Positions 1 to 12,908 of a DNA stretch of 64,000 bases are shown piece after piece. The notes under the pieces were generated by a model. That model was not told where the DNA came from. It worked only from the letters and a program-made list of their open reading frames with translations, and did no database searches. Position 1 is the first letter of the stretch. The number at the start of each line of letters is the position of its first letter. The position numbers and the translations under genes are program-made. The DNA lies in assembly GCF_006345805.1 (NCBI RefSeq), contig NC_043000.1, positions 129,766,001 to 129,830,000 on the forward strand, written 5' to 3'. The DNA comes from Octopus sinensis (lineage: Eukaryota).

Positions 1-769
1 GCTCACTTCTGCTGTTTTCAGCAGTGCATGGAAGGAAGGTGCACAGCGTGTATTCGTCGCATTGACCATGACAGAGAAAGTTGTCATGCCGATACCTTCT
101 CAGAGGCCTGCGTAAAGTTGCAGAAAGTATGGAGTGGAGTGTATGAACCACACACAAGTGTACGAGTGGTTCTGGCGTTTCCAAGTCGGCCGAAAAAAAT
201 GTTGTTATTGACGAACATTCTGGGAGACCCGCAACTAGCAAAACAGAAAAACATTGCAGATGTGAGCTTAGCTGTGCGGGGAAATCATTGAATCACCATC
301 TGTGAGTTATCAGAGGATGTACAAATTAATCACGATTCAGTTCAGTCCATTATCACCGAAAATTTGTGTATGACGCTCATATCTACCAAGTTTGTGTCAA
401 AACTGCTTTCAACTGACCTAAAAGACGCCCGGGTTTCAGTTGCACAAGATCTTGGTTGTGTCGAGAACGATGAAAACTTTTTGAAAACTTTGTGTAGGCT
501 TCTGAGCTGGTATCGCAAGGCTTTTTGGCAACATTTGATGCAAATTCTCTGCTCAACGTTCTCTGTCATTGTCAATGTGACGATCACACGCGACACACCT
601 TCCTTCTAACCACTGCTATAAACAGTGGAGGAGTGAACTAGAATGCTAAAATTTAGAATGCATGCACCGCAGGGTTCATGGTCAATGCGTGCCAAGCAGC
701 TTCACTCTGCGTGCTTTAGCGTTGTTACTATGGCAACAGTCCAGATACCTATTGATCAGACCACGCATA
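1..769. mobile_element. Mariner-derived fold-back element: transposase N-terminal HTH remnant plus an inverted copy of the element's 5' end; truncated by the window start
   Basis: + strand ~68-485 encodes, with frameshifts, TQVYEWF..F..GR....DE.SGRP.TS, ITI.ELSEDV and KFVSKLL, typical of the mariner HTH region. - strand 487-640 is an inverted copy of 1-119 (MTENVEQRICIKC). A mariner-type TIR (rc TATGCGTGGTCTGATCAATAGGTATCTGGACTG) lies at 737-769. Confidence 0.8.
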
Positions 770-778
770 CACACACAC

Positions 779-821
<43 letters not shown>

Positions 822-830
822 TTATGTATG

Positions 831-877
<47 letters not shown>

Positions 878-1011
878 GTGTGTGTGTATGTGTGTGTGTG
901 TGTGTGTGTATCTCCTCTACATAAACAGGGGAAGGAAATGGACGATGTGTGAAAATGAGGTATGCAGCGGGTGTGAGAAGGAATTGTACAGATAAAAAGG
1001 CTGACACAGAA

Positions 1012-1061
<50 letters not shown>

Positions 1062-1099
1062 AAGAGAGGTAGAGAGAAGATAAAAGAGAAGAAAAAGAA

Positions 1100-1130
<31 letters not shown>
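768..1130. repeat. Compound microsatellite (CA)n-(TA)n-(TG)n, then (GA)n and (AAT)n
   Basis: Directly visible. Confidence 0.95.
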
Positions 1131-1684
1131 TGAAAAGAACAGAAAACGGGAAGGATAACAATGCAAAAATTGTATGCAACAAACGAATAAAAAGCCTAAA
1201 CCTGACTAGATGTAGTCAGAACCGAGGAAGAATAGAACTTGAATAATGTCAGCTGCCTACTTTCTTATTCCTCTCGCAATTCTCTCTAATAAACACTACC
1301 TTTTTCTATAAAGCTAGTTGAAATTATGTTATACAGAGAGAGTTCCACTTCATTCTATATTTCGTCTCTGTCATTCCGTTATGTTTCTTTAGCTTTCTTT
1401 TTCACTTCCTCTCTTTTTCTTTGCGTACGCCTTGTTACTTTCTCTAATGATATATTGTTGCTTTATCCCTTTACATATTTTACCCTTCATCCCGCCTCCC
1501 CAGTCAACATTCCATGCTTTGACCCGATTTAAATCTTGAATGCTTAATTTTCACTTGGACAATCACAGTATTTACAAATTACGTTGTGGGCAAATATCTA
1601 TCAGTCTGTCTCTGTACTACTTTACATTTGTTGAAGTGGTGTGTATATATATATATATACATACACACACACATAATCGTACAC

Positions 1685-1715
<31 letters not shown>

Positions 1716-2287
1716 ATATACATATATAAATTGATGTGTGTATTTCCCCTTGTTAACAATTAACACGGAAAAAAATATATATAGTTACCAGGGTAGCAAA
1801 AAATCACACAAGTAAAAAGGTTGTAACTCCTTGTATTTAAACGTAGAAACTTCGGATTTACGTGAAACATTTTCTATAATATATATAAATAAATAAATGG
1901 AGTTAAACGCAGGTGTTAATTCTCTCAATCTCGATACCTTATGACAAAGGCAAGGAATTCTGTCTGCTCTGTGATTCTGATCTATTTTTTAATACTTTTT
2001 TTCTAAAACCCCCTTGTAAACACGGTTACAGAGCGTGCATACCGATGTAAACATTAGCAGAAACACAGTTTTAGTTCATATAAGTGATATCCATCATTAT
2101 ATATAATTTAAACATTAATTGTTTTGTTACATTACACATTCACTAGATATATCTTTTTCCAAGTCTATATGGTTTTATTTAATATACATATAGTTATATA
2201 CTTCTCATTTCTTTAGGTATTCTTTCCTTTATCCCTCCTCTTTCTATATACATATACATATATATACATATACATATATATATATAC

Positions 2288-2350
<63 letters not shown>

Positions 2351-2369
2351 TCTATATATATATATATTA

Positions 2370-2403
<34 letters not shown>

Positions 2404-2407
<4 letters not shown>

Positions 2408-2923
2408 GAAAAGAACTATTGGGAGAGGCTTAGGAACTCAATTTGTACTCCTTGGAACGAAGACGAGAGAGAGATATGCAGTGATATACATATGGAAAAT
2501 CCTGGAGGGACTAGCACCAAATTTTGGAATTGAGAGCTGTTCCAATCCCCGTACAGGACGTCACTGTGTGGTGCCAAAGGTCCCGTCTTCCACATCCAGG
2601 GTAAGAGAGCAGATACTGTAATAGCCTGGGGTTCAGGGGCCCTCAGCTGTTCAACAAACTGCCAAGAAAACTAAGAGATCTACATGATGCGGATGTGGAC
2701 ATTTTCAAAAAACATCTAGACAAGCTGCTTTCCAGGGGATCCCAGATGAAACCCATGCAAGGTACGAAGGTAACCTAAGGGCAGCAGCTACAAACTCTCT
2801 CTTAGATCAGTGGCCAGCCACGGCAAACTGGACTTAGAGAGGGTAGCAACAAGGCGCGGTGCCCAGCATGGCCTCAGCCGGATGGCTGAAACAAGTAAAA
2901 GAGTAAAAGAGTAAAAAAGAGTA
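2404..2923 (+). mobile_element. 5'-truncated CR1/L2-group LINE 3' end inserted in (TA)n
   Basis: With frameshifts it translates [37 protein letters not shown]...GPQLFNKLPRKLRDL...FKKHLDKLL. It ends in CATGGCC-hairpin-GAAAC plus a (GTAAAAGA)n tail. Confidence 0.88.
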
Positions 2924-2969
2924 ATATATATATATATATATATTATTATATATAATATATATATATATT

Positions 2970-3012
<43 letters not shown>

Positions 3013-3199
3013 TATATATATATACACATATATATATATACCATATCTATATACACACATATATATATATATACACATATATATATATACATATATATAT
3101 ATTATATATATATATATATACAACATATATATATACACACATATATATACACATATATATATATATACACATATATATATATATACACATATGTATATA

Positions 3200-5242
3200 T
3201 GGACCTAGTGTTTTGGACCTAGTGTTTAGTAACCACACTAACATTTTGGACCTAGTGTTTAGTAACACAACTAACACTATACATAACGTTACAGTGGAAA
3301 AAAACCTTCTTTCAGACCATGACATGGTTCTCTGTAACATGAAATTCCACCAGCTGAAAGCTAATCCTAGTGACCTTCCCAGCCCACCCATTTGACAACA
3401 TGGATCTCCATAATGCCAACTGGGATGCATCAGGAACGAGCTATCACATGTTGACTGGTCCTTTACACATACACACATCTCCACCAACCATAAAACATCT
3501 TGGCAGATCTTTGTAGACACCGTCACAGACATATGTGCAAACACACTCCCACCAAGACTGTGAACAAAAAGTGCAGAATCCCCCAAAACAGAAAAAACCA
3601 TTATCAGAAAAATAAAAAGAACAAACAAAAAAATTAACAAACTAAAGTACTGCCAACAGCAACACACACATTCGACGGCTATCGCACTGCTTGAATCTAA
3701 AAAATATAACCTCCAACAATGCATGAAGACCCTCATCAATAACAAAGATCAGCTGAGTAGAAGTGGGCCATTGAAAAAATCAAACTCACCCCAAAGTGTT
3801 CTTTTCCTTTGCGAGGAAACGCAGGTCACTGTCTCCACTGTAGGCCCTCTAATTGACGAAACTGGCACTCTCCAAGATAATGCCAAATCCATGGCCGAGA
3901 TACTGCAGAAACAATACTGCTCTGTTTTCAGCAATCCTGATATGGCCGATCTGGGCTGTATCAGCGATGTCAACCCCCAACACACTATATCGGACATAAC
4001 GTTTAGTGCCCCTGATGTCTTAGCGGCGATAAACGAAATAAAACACAATTCAGCAGTAGGCCCCGATAGGTTCCCTGCTTGTGTCCTGAAGGTGTGTCGA
4101 CACCAACTTGCATCTCCCCTTGCTAATCTGTGGAGAAACTCACTGGATGCTGGCTATATTCCAAAAACCTTCTGTCCCAGTCTGTTGTCCCAGTTTTCAA
4201 AAAGGGAAACAAGTCCCTTGCAGTGAATTACCGTCCGATCTCACTCACCTCTCATATCATCAAGGTATTTGAGAGGGTGGTGAGATCTCGAATAACCCAA
4301 TTTCTGGAAAGCAACAGACGGCTGATCTCCAACCAACATGGGTTCCGTAATGGAAGGGACTGCCTAACGCAGCTCCTGCATCACTTTGAGGACATTTTGA
4401 GAGCTTTGGGAGAGGGCTCCAACACCGATGTCATCTACCTTGATTTCAGTAAGGCCTTCGACAGGGTCGATCACAAGATCCTATTGAAAAAACTATCCAA
4501 CACTGGTGTCTCTGGAAAGTTACTGAAATGGATCAAGTGTTTCCTGACAGACAGATCTCAACATGTTGTAGTTGAAGGGGTGTAAATCAAGCAGCCAGCC
4601 AAAGTCAGTAGTGGCGTTCCGCAAGGCACTGTGCTGGGCCCACTTCTTTTCATCATTTACATTAATGACATTAATGACATCATAAAAGTATCATAAAAAG
4701 TTGAAGCACCTCAAAAGGCAATCACAAAAAAGATAGATGGCGACAGGCCTCGACTATTGGGGTCGACTAGAAAAGCTAAAACTCTATTCTCTCCCAACGT
4801 CGTCGTGAGCGCTACATCATCTGCATGATGTGGAAAATATTCCATCAGCATTGCCCAAATGATGTTGGCATCACCTTCAAGGTACATCCAAGGCTGGGGC
4901 CCCGTGCCATCCGCCCAAAACAAAAAAATCGCACTCTCATCTCATAACAACAATACGGCACAATTATTTCACCTCAATGGCCCCGCTCTCTTTAACATTA
5001 CACCAAAAACACATTTAAAACAGAAACTGACCCTATAGGGTTCAAGAAGTCTTTGGACAGATTCCTTCAAGAAATCCCGGATAACCCCCTACACCCGGAT
5101 ATGTCTCTGTAAACAATAACTCTCTACTTGAGTGGGCCATAGTGCCCAAATCCTGACTTGAAATACTTCACCAGGTGGTGCTATTAAGTTAGACATGGCC
5201 TGGGCCAATAATGGCCGAAACCTATCAAAGTATCAAAGTAAG
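3200..5242 (+). mobile_element. Degraded CR1/L2-group LINE (end of APE endonuclease, RT, C-terminal region, 3' tail), internally deleted, inserted in (TA)n
   Basis: LDLVFSN...LSDHDMV marks the APE end; RT motifs follow; C-terminal DYWGRLEKLKLYSLQRRRERYI; (TATCAAAG)n tail. Multiple stops and frameshifts. Confidence 0.92.
4030..4680 (+). pseudogene. Non-LTR reverse transcriptase domain fragment; catalytic (Y/F)ADD region missing
   Basis: [74 protein letters not shown]; the sequence then jumps to the C-terminal region at ~4700. Confidence 0.9.
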
Positions 5243-5307
5243 TATATATACACACATATATATATATACACATATATATATATATACACACATATATATA
5301 TATACAC

Positions 5308-5339
<32 letters not shown>

Positions 5340-5352
5340 GTATATATACACA

Positions 5353-5386
<34 letters not shown>

Positions 5387-5581
5387 CACATATATATATT
5401 TGTTTATACACACATATATATATATATACACACATATATATATATTACCAACATATATATATATACATATTATATATATATATATATACACATATATATA
5501 TACACATATATATATAATATATACACATATATATATAACATATATATATATATACATATATATACACATATATATATATAC

Positions 5582-5627
<46 letters not shown>

Positions 5628-5783
5628 CATATACATATTTATACATATATATATCTATATACATATTTATAATATGTATATATACATATACATATATATA
5701 TATATATATTTATATATACATATTTATACATATATATATCTATATACATATTTATACATATATATATATACATATACTATTAT

Positions 5784-5845
<62 letters not shown>

Positions 5846-6250
5846 TATTTATACACATATATATATATACATATATATACATATTTATACACATATATAT
5901 AACATATACATATTTATACATATAATATATACATATACATATTTATACACATATATATATACATGGCCACAGCTCATGAGCTGAAACTGAATCAATCAAT
6001 CATATATCTATATACATATTTATACATATATATATATATATATATCTATATACATATACATATTTATGCATATATATATATATCTATATACATATACATA
6101 TTTATACATATATATATATATACTTATTTATACATATATATATATATATATTCTATATCTATATACATATACATATTTATATATATATGTGTGTGTGTCT
6201 CTACATATTTATACAAACACACACAGACACATATATATAGATACATACAT
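5243..6250. repeat. ~1 kb degenerate (TA)n/(TACA)n microsatellite
   Basis: Directly visible; source of the YI/CV-repeat ORFs. Confidence 0.95.
5962..6001 (+). mobile_element. 40-bp LINE 3' terminus (extreme 5' truncation) inside (TA)n
   Basis: CATGGCCA-CAGCT-CATG-AGCTG-AAAC-TG(AATC)3 has the same layout as the tails of the two neighbouring LINEs. Confidence 0.7.
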
Positions 6251-7999
6251 AGTTGGAAACGCACCACTTCAACAAATGTAAAGTAGTGCTGACGTTTCTC
6301 TCCTTTATGGCAATTAATTCTTTGAGCGGCTTGAAGCAAAAGATCAAAAGCGAAGTACAATACCAAAGTGTAAATCTAACACCAATCAACTGTTAATCCA
6401 CTTGTAGTAATTAGCGAGAATAGCCTGTTGAAATTATTCATTAATAATAATGACTTGCGTAGCCCCCATCCGACCTATATATACACATGCATATATATGT
6501 ACATGAATATGCGCGCTAGCTTGCGTATGTGTGTGTTTTTGTATGCGTATATATATATACGCACATAGATACATTCATATATGAAAAATGTATACAAGTA
6601 TACACATGTAAAAATCACTGAAGGATATCTACATATACATGTAAATACATCTGTACACACACACACACACACACGTGTTTGTGTGTGTGTATTTATGTAC
6701 TTCTAATGTTAAGCAGTCATATAAATCTCCGCAACTTCAGATATGATTCAGTTAACCTCAAATTAATGAATGTCAGTCATTTAATTTTTATTACCCACCT
6801 GATTAATTAATTTCTGTGGCTCATTCAAATATTGAATAGTCGACTGAGGGAGAAACCGAATGACTGTAACAGTAGGCGTTCAATTGTTTAGGGAAATAGA
6901 CCAATTGAAAGTTACACGGGTTAGTATTGTTTTAAATTATAGATATGGATACCAATACCCTTGCGGAAATGGTGTTGAACAAATAAAGCGAATATTAGTT
7001 GAGACGAGGTCGCAATTTTGGGAATACTGTCAGCAACATAGATATATAAATTTCTACTCTTGGATAATTACTGTTTCATATAGTAGATTGCATTTTTAAT
7101 ATAATATATAAAATTCTCTTTTGAGGAAATAATAGCTAAGAGCTTCAGTTTAATATAAGTTTTGTTTTTATAACAACCGGTCATGGTAAGTCTAACTTAC
7201 TGCGTCTTTTTATGTGTGATATGAACAGTAAACTTGGAAGATTCAACGTATGAATATAAATCATTCAGCCTATTTGACGTTACCGCTCTGTCCTTAGGAG
7301 CATTTGGTGGGGGGTCCACTCAGTTGCAGCCCTTCAGGACAAGTCTATGGTCTGAAAATAAAATTTATCACTCTCAGGAAGACTGAAAAGGATTTTGAAC
7401 TCTGTCTTTTTTCTTTTGTCAAAGTGTTAGATAAAAACATTAAGGATGTAAGTAGATGTTTTTAGAACACATTTATAACCATGTATTAATCGGAGTTATT
7501 TTAAAGTTAGCTATTGATATTTCCTTTAAAGAAGCTTTCCTTTCATTGGCAGAATTGAATAAGGTAACAGCATTGCAGAAATTGACACCCAGAGCCATCC
7601 TCCTCTCCGCTTGCTCTCTCTCTGTGTCTAGTTATGTGTCTGTTCGTCTCTTTAAATATATATATATACGCACACATACACACACACATATATGTATATT
7701 ATTATTTTTTGTGCACGCATGTATTGTATATATACGTGTGTATATACGACTGCATCCTTTAATGACTGCATGTATATATATTTGTAAGAATGGGTAAGAA
7801 ATACTGATGCATATGAATATCTAAATGCTTACTCACGAAATCGTTAACAAAAAGTCAGAGCACACAGAAATGATTTTTGGAAAGATGCAGATGGAGCTTT
7901 ACATATCTCTGACGCACACACAAATGCGTGCGCAATTTACCAAGATAAATACGAAGAGCTATAAAAGCAAGTGCGTATGCTGATTCAAAACTTGTGTAC

Positions 8000-8048
<49 letters not shown>

Positions 8049-8320
8049 ATATATATATGAATATATGTGTGTGTGTGTGTTTTGTATGCATGAATGTCGG
8101 CTCCACAAGCGAATAGATTAAATTATTCTATAGAATTCCCCCAGCTTACATGTGCACTGCAGACACAGTAATCTGTGCATAAGTAAATAACAATGCAGCT
8201 GTAGTTCCATGTAATTACATTTGAATTCTTCTTCTACATCAAACAATAACAGACAACCTCGTCGTCCATGAATGTTCCACGTTGGTTTACTGAGTTGCCG
8301 AATACATTCCTTTATGCATG

Positions 8321-8378
<58 letters not shown>

Positions 8379-8380
8379 CA

Positions 8381-8412
<32 letters not shown>

Positions 8413-8736
8413 CACACGGGCGTACATGTGTGTGTATGTGTGCGTGCGTATATGTGTGTGGCTATATTTATCATGGATGTAACTATTTGCATCCTACAGA
8501 CGCATATATATTTCATATATATATGTTTATATATGCACATATACACATTTATTTAAGTACATATACACACACATGCGTGTGTGTGTATAGTTACAAAGTT
8601 ATCGTAGTCATACATATTTTATCCTGCAAATATATATATATAGATATACTACCCCGGCAATGGTACAATACGTATCATATTCCCTAATATGTATTTGAAT
8701 TTGTTTAACTGATGACCAACCCTGGTTTCGTATATA

Positions 8737-8866
8737 CAGGGTGTCCCAAAAAATGTATATACACCTTAAATAATTGTAAATTTGTTATTCTTTGTAAGCC
8801 TAGTACTTATTCTATCGTTCTCTTTTGCCGAACCACTATGTGTATACATTTTTTTGGGACACCCTG
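8737..8866. mobile_element. Tc1/mariner-type MITE carrying an internal SINE fragment
   Basis: TIRs CAGGGTGTCCCAAAAAATGTATA / TATACATTTTTTTGGGACACCCTG with TA on both sides. Internal ~8784-8834 matches SINE family B on the minus strand. Confidence 0.85.
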
Positions 8867-8964
8867 TATATCATTAAATGGACTCCAATTATGAACACCG
8901 TCATTGGTTTAGGCATTGTATATGTGTAACTATGTAATCAAATATGTTTCTATGAACATATAAA

Positions 8965-9124
8965 GCGTAGGAGTGGATGTGTGGTAATTAGCTTACTTAC
9001 GAATCACATGGTTCCGGGTTCATTCCCATTGTGTGGCACCTTGGGCAAGTATCTTCTACTATAGCCTCTAGCCGACTAAAGCCTTGAGTGGATTTGGTAG
9101 ACGGAGACTGAAAGAAGCCCGTCG

Positions 9125-9156
<32 letters not shown>

Positions 9157-9388
9157 AGTATGTGTGTATATGTTTGTGTGTCAGTGTTTGTTACCCCTAA
9201 CGTTGCTTGACAACCGATGGTGGTGTGTTTACGTCCTCGTAACTGAGCGGTTCGGCAAAAGCGACCGATAGAATAAGTACTAGGCTTACAAAGAATAAGT
9301 CCTGGGGTCAATTTACTCGACTAAAGGCGGTGCTCCAGCACGGCCATATTCACATGCCTGAAACAAGTAAAAGAGTAAAAGAAAGAGT
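8965..9388 (+). mobile_element. tRNA-derived SINE family B (CORE-like ACCTTGGGCAAGT, internal microsatellite, LINE-derived tail)
   Basis: A/B-box-like head (GGTTCATTCCC), central motif, tail GGCGGTGCTCCAGCA...GAAACAAGTAAAAGAG; several copies in the window. Confidence 0.88.
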
Positions 9389-9573
9389 ATACTAGTTCAG
9401 TATTTAGTTGTTCTCTTGTAAGATTTTCTCAAGTGCCTCTCGATAAAGGCATTTCATGATCTCTCCGAACTCTTCCAAAATATCTACGATATCATAAAAT
9501 AAGCTCATCATAAATATACCGAGATATAAGGACATGACATACTTGACTTGGTTTTTACGAACAATACGGGCCA

Positions 9574-9800
9574 TATCATCATCGTCATCGTTATTTAGCG
9601 TCCGTTTTCTATGCTGGCATAGGTTAGACGTTTCACAGGAAATGGTAAGCTGGAGAACTGTACCAGGCTCTAGTCTGATTTTGGCTTGATTTCTACGACT
9701 GGAAGCCCTTCTTAACGCCAACCACTCCAAGAGTGTAGTTGGTACTTTCATGTGTCACCGGCACGGTTGCCTTTTACGTAACATCGGCACGGGTGGCTTG
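9574..9800 (-). mobile_element. 3' part of a SINE/LINE with an RTE-type (GAT)n tail
   Basis: Minus strand ends ...ATGCCAGCATAGAAAACGGACGCTAAATAACGATGACGATGATGAT. Recognised from memory as a common cephalopod retroposon tail. Confidence 0.6.
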
Positions 9801-10152
9801 TACCTTTCACCCTTGACATAGATAATTAAATTATTTATGTATAAAATGGATAGAATATATGAAATCTATAGAAAGGTATGGTTATATGAAGTAGAATTTA
9901 CGTTACGAATTATTTTTATTATTTCAAGATTTTTTCAGTAGCTTTACCAGAGAAAAAGGAGTAGCGTCCATGATACTTTTCAAGACTTACAAGTTGGTGG
10001 GAGAAAGGGAGATAGTTATTCTTAGATCGGAGATCTGTTCTGAATTCATGCAACGAATTGACTATCAGATATTAGAAAACAAAGAGTCAGAAAATTCATA
10101 ACACAGTAATTAGAACCATATTTCTAGAAGTCGGATTGAGGAAGTTTCTGGA

Positions 10153-10584
10153 TACTCTTTACTCTTTTGTTTCAATCATTTGATTGTGGCCATGCTGGAG
10201 CACCGCCTTTAGTCGAGCAAATCGACCCCAGGCCTTATTCTTTGCAAGCCTAGTACTTATTCTATCGGTCTCTTTACCGAACTGCTAAGTTACGGGGACG
10301 TAAACACACCAGCATCGGTTGTCAAGCGATGTTGGGGAGGGGGGGGCAAACACAGACACACAGACATATACGCACACACACACATACACACACACATATA
10401 TATATATATATACATATATACGACAGTCTTCTTTCAGTTTCCGTCTACCAAATCCACTCACAAGGCTTTGGTCGGCCCGAGGATATAGTAGAAGACACTT
10501 GCCCAAGTTGCCATGCAGTGGGAATGAACCCGGAACCATGTGGTTTGGTAAGCCAGCTACTTCCCACACAGCCACTCCTATGCC
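10153..10584 (-). mobile_element. SINE family B, full length
   Basis: Colinear reverse complement of 8965-9388. Confidence 0.9.
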
Positions 10585-10989
10585 GGATAGTGTAATCATT
10601 GAAAAACATTTATACCCTCTCTCACTTTCTCCTCTCTCTCTCTGTCTGTATCTGTCTCTTTATGTGTTATAGAACCGTCTCAAAATTTCAACCAGGAGAA
10701 AAAAAATCCGACAAAATATAAAACAAATTATCTTATAGATGGAAAAAAAAATTTATGCATAAAATCAAAATCTGGTTAAAACGCTTAAAAGAAAATTCTT
10801 CATACGTCTTAGACTGGATAAAAAATGATAAGAGTTATAGCGATTTCCTGAGGTCACTTTGCAAGAGTGCTGTGTATTTTTAACCGAACTCAAGCTTGTA
10901 AAACATTTATATAACACTTTAATCTCAGATTAGACTATGGAAATAGTGAAATAACTGAAATATATAATAAGGAAACGATACTAATGTGT

Positions 10990-11160
10990 CGACGAGAACC
11001 TTGAATGTGGTTGCTCGATCTGTTAGAAATAGTAGCAAAATCTTTCTCAAATCATGTTCTAATACAATGTTTGAAATATTGACTGAATGGCAACGGGTGA
11101 AATACTGTCGATCATACGACCGGGCCATGAGGACCGTCTTGAGGTTAAACAACAACAACA
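10990..11160 (-). repeat. Old dispersed repeat; diverged relatives at ~11780-11855, ~19245-19300 and ~37480-37690
   Basis: Shared motif TGATTTGAG..AGATTT.GCT.CTATTTCTA.CAG.TCGA.C.ACCAC, preceded by (GTT)n-TTTAACC in two copies. Confidence 0.55.
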
Positions 11161-11195
11161 CTGCTGCTGCTGCTGGCGCCGCCACCACCACCACC

Positions 11196-11226
<31 letters not shown>

Positions 11227-12792
11227 GCTGATAGAGAAATGTTTTCCTGTAGCCCACATTAAGTAAATAACGAAAACAGTTGAGACTGACAACTTTACAG
11301 TTTACAGAGCTAATATGACATGTTAGACTTTACTCCAAACTTTATTGTGGATTTAAAATATTAATTTACTAAACCTCAGCTCTATAAACCTGAAACCAAG
11401 GGCTTATATAAGAACCCAATAATATTTCCCTTTAACTGTTCAGCTTCTTTTGAAAAGTATAATGAAAATTATGAAGTAATTAATACTGGTAACCAGTATG
11501 CGAGATAATTGATTGCTTTATGGCTGAAGTATATATGTTTGCTTTAGGCCATAGCTTCGCGGATTTGACATAAGAGAGACGTTTGAAATTTTATGTATTC
11601 ATGAAATTTGAGATTAAAGAGAAGGAAATTTATGAAAAGTCTGTGAAACTCGGGATCAACGCAGATAATGTATATATATTACCAAAGGTGTTCCAGTCAT
11701 GCCCATCTCGTCTTTCATTCAGACACAATGTATCTAGAGCTACATCATATAACGTACCTTTTATATTATATTTCAAGGCAAAATGCGATTAGAGGGAAAT
11801 GTGACTGCTGTTTCTAGTTAGTCGAACGATAACATAGAGAGTCTTTCATTGGCTCAAAGAATGAAATATTTGTCGGCCATGATGTTATTTTTTGTCCAAG
11901 AATATTAACTATGTAAAATAAAGAGATGTCATCTGGGAATCAAAACTGGCCATATTGTCAGTTCATCAAAAAAATTGTTGCTAGTTGATTGAATGCACAA
12001 AAAAAATGCGTTCTAGCGACAAAAAATGGGCGAAGGATAGAGAAAGAAAGAAAGAAAGAAAAGAGAGAGAAAGGGAGAGATAAAAAGAGAGAGCCGAAAA
12101 AACTCCATTAATGACAGTTCATAGCAATTTCTAAATCAATTGTGACGTTGAAAGATTCTTTCCAAAAGGGAAAACTGGCTTCATAAGATAAAAAAAAAGA
12201 AGAAAAAGAATCCAAAAATGGAATAAAAAATGAACAAATTGCAGAGACAAGGAAAGACAACTCAATTAATAATGTCTAAAACTGTGGAAACATCAGTTAC
12301 GAATTGCTTTCCAAATACCAATGTAGATATGAGGGAAAGCAGAATACAAGATGGGGTGTTGCTATGTAAACAGGTCAGCCTCTCAGCGTTCTTATATTCG
12401 ATTTTGTATTTGTTCACCATATTATACATTTCACCTTAGACGGTCAGTAAAGTAAATGAAAAGAATATCTGATAATTAATCTAATCAATTATATCTACTT
12501 TCATTGAGAGTGTCCGCTATGTGTGTGTGTGTGTATATGTGTGTTTCTGTGTTTGTATGTGTATGTGTGTGTATGTGGGCATGTATTTGTGAGAGAGAAA
12601 GAGAGAATGAGGTAGAGAGAATAAGGGAAAGAGAATGACGGAAAGAGAGTGAGGGAGAGCGAGAGAGGGAGAGCGAGAGAGAGAAAGAAATAGAGAACAA
12701 ATGTTTGCTGTATTCTACTGTCATTAAATAACATCTAATATCCACTCCCTCATTCTTTCTTTTTCCCTCACATATATCCAACACGCACGCAT

Positions 12793-12862
<70 letters not shown>

Positions 12863-12908
12863 GCGCGCACACACACACACGCACATTTCTGTTTCATGCA
12901 TAATTATA

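Noticed and set aside
5184-6389. Long YI/HT/CV-repeat ORFs (also 22579-23028, 43346-45430, 52365-53030 and others)
   Set aside because: Translations of (TA)n/(CA)n microsatellites, which rarely contain stop codons.
10986-11231. ORF MSTRTLNVVARS... that looks protein-like
   Set aside because: It overlaps an old dispersed repeat seen several times in the window, plus a trinucleotide tract.
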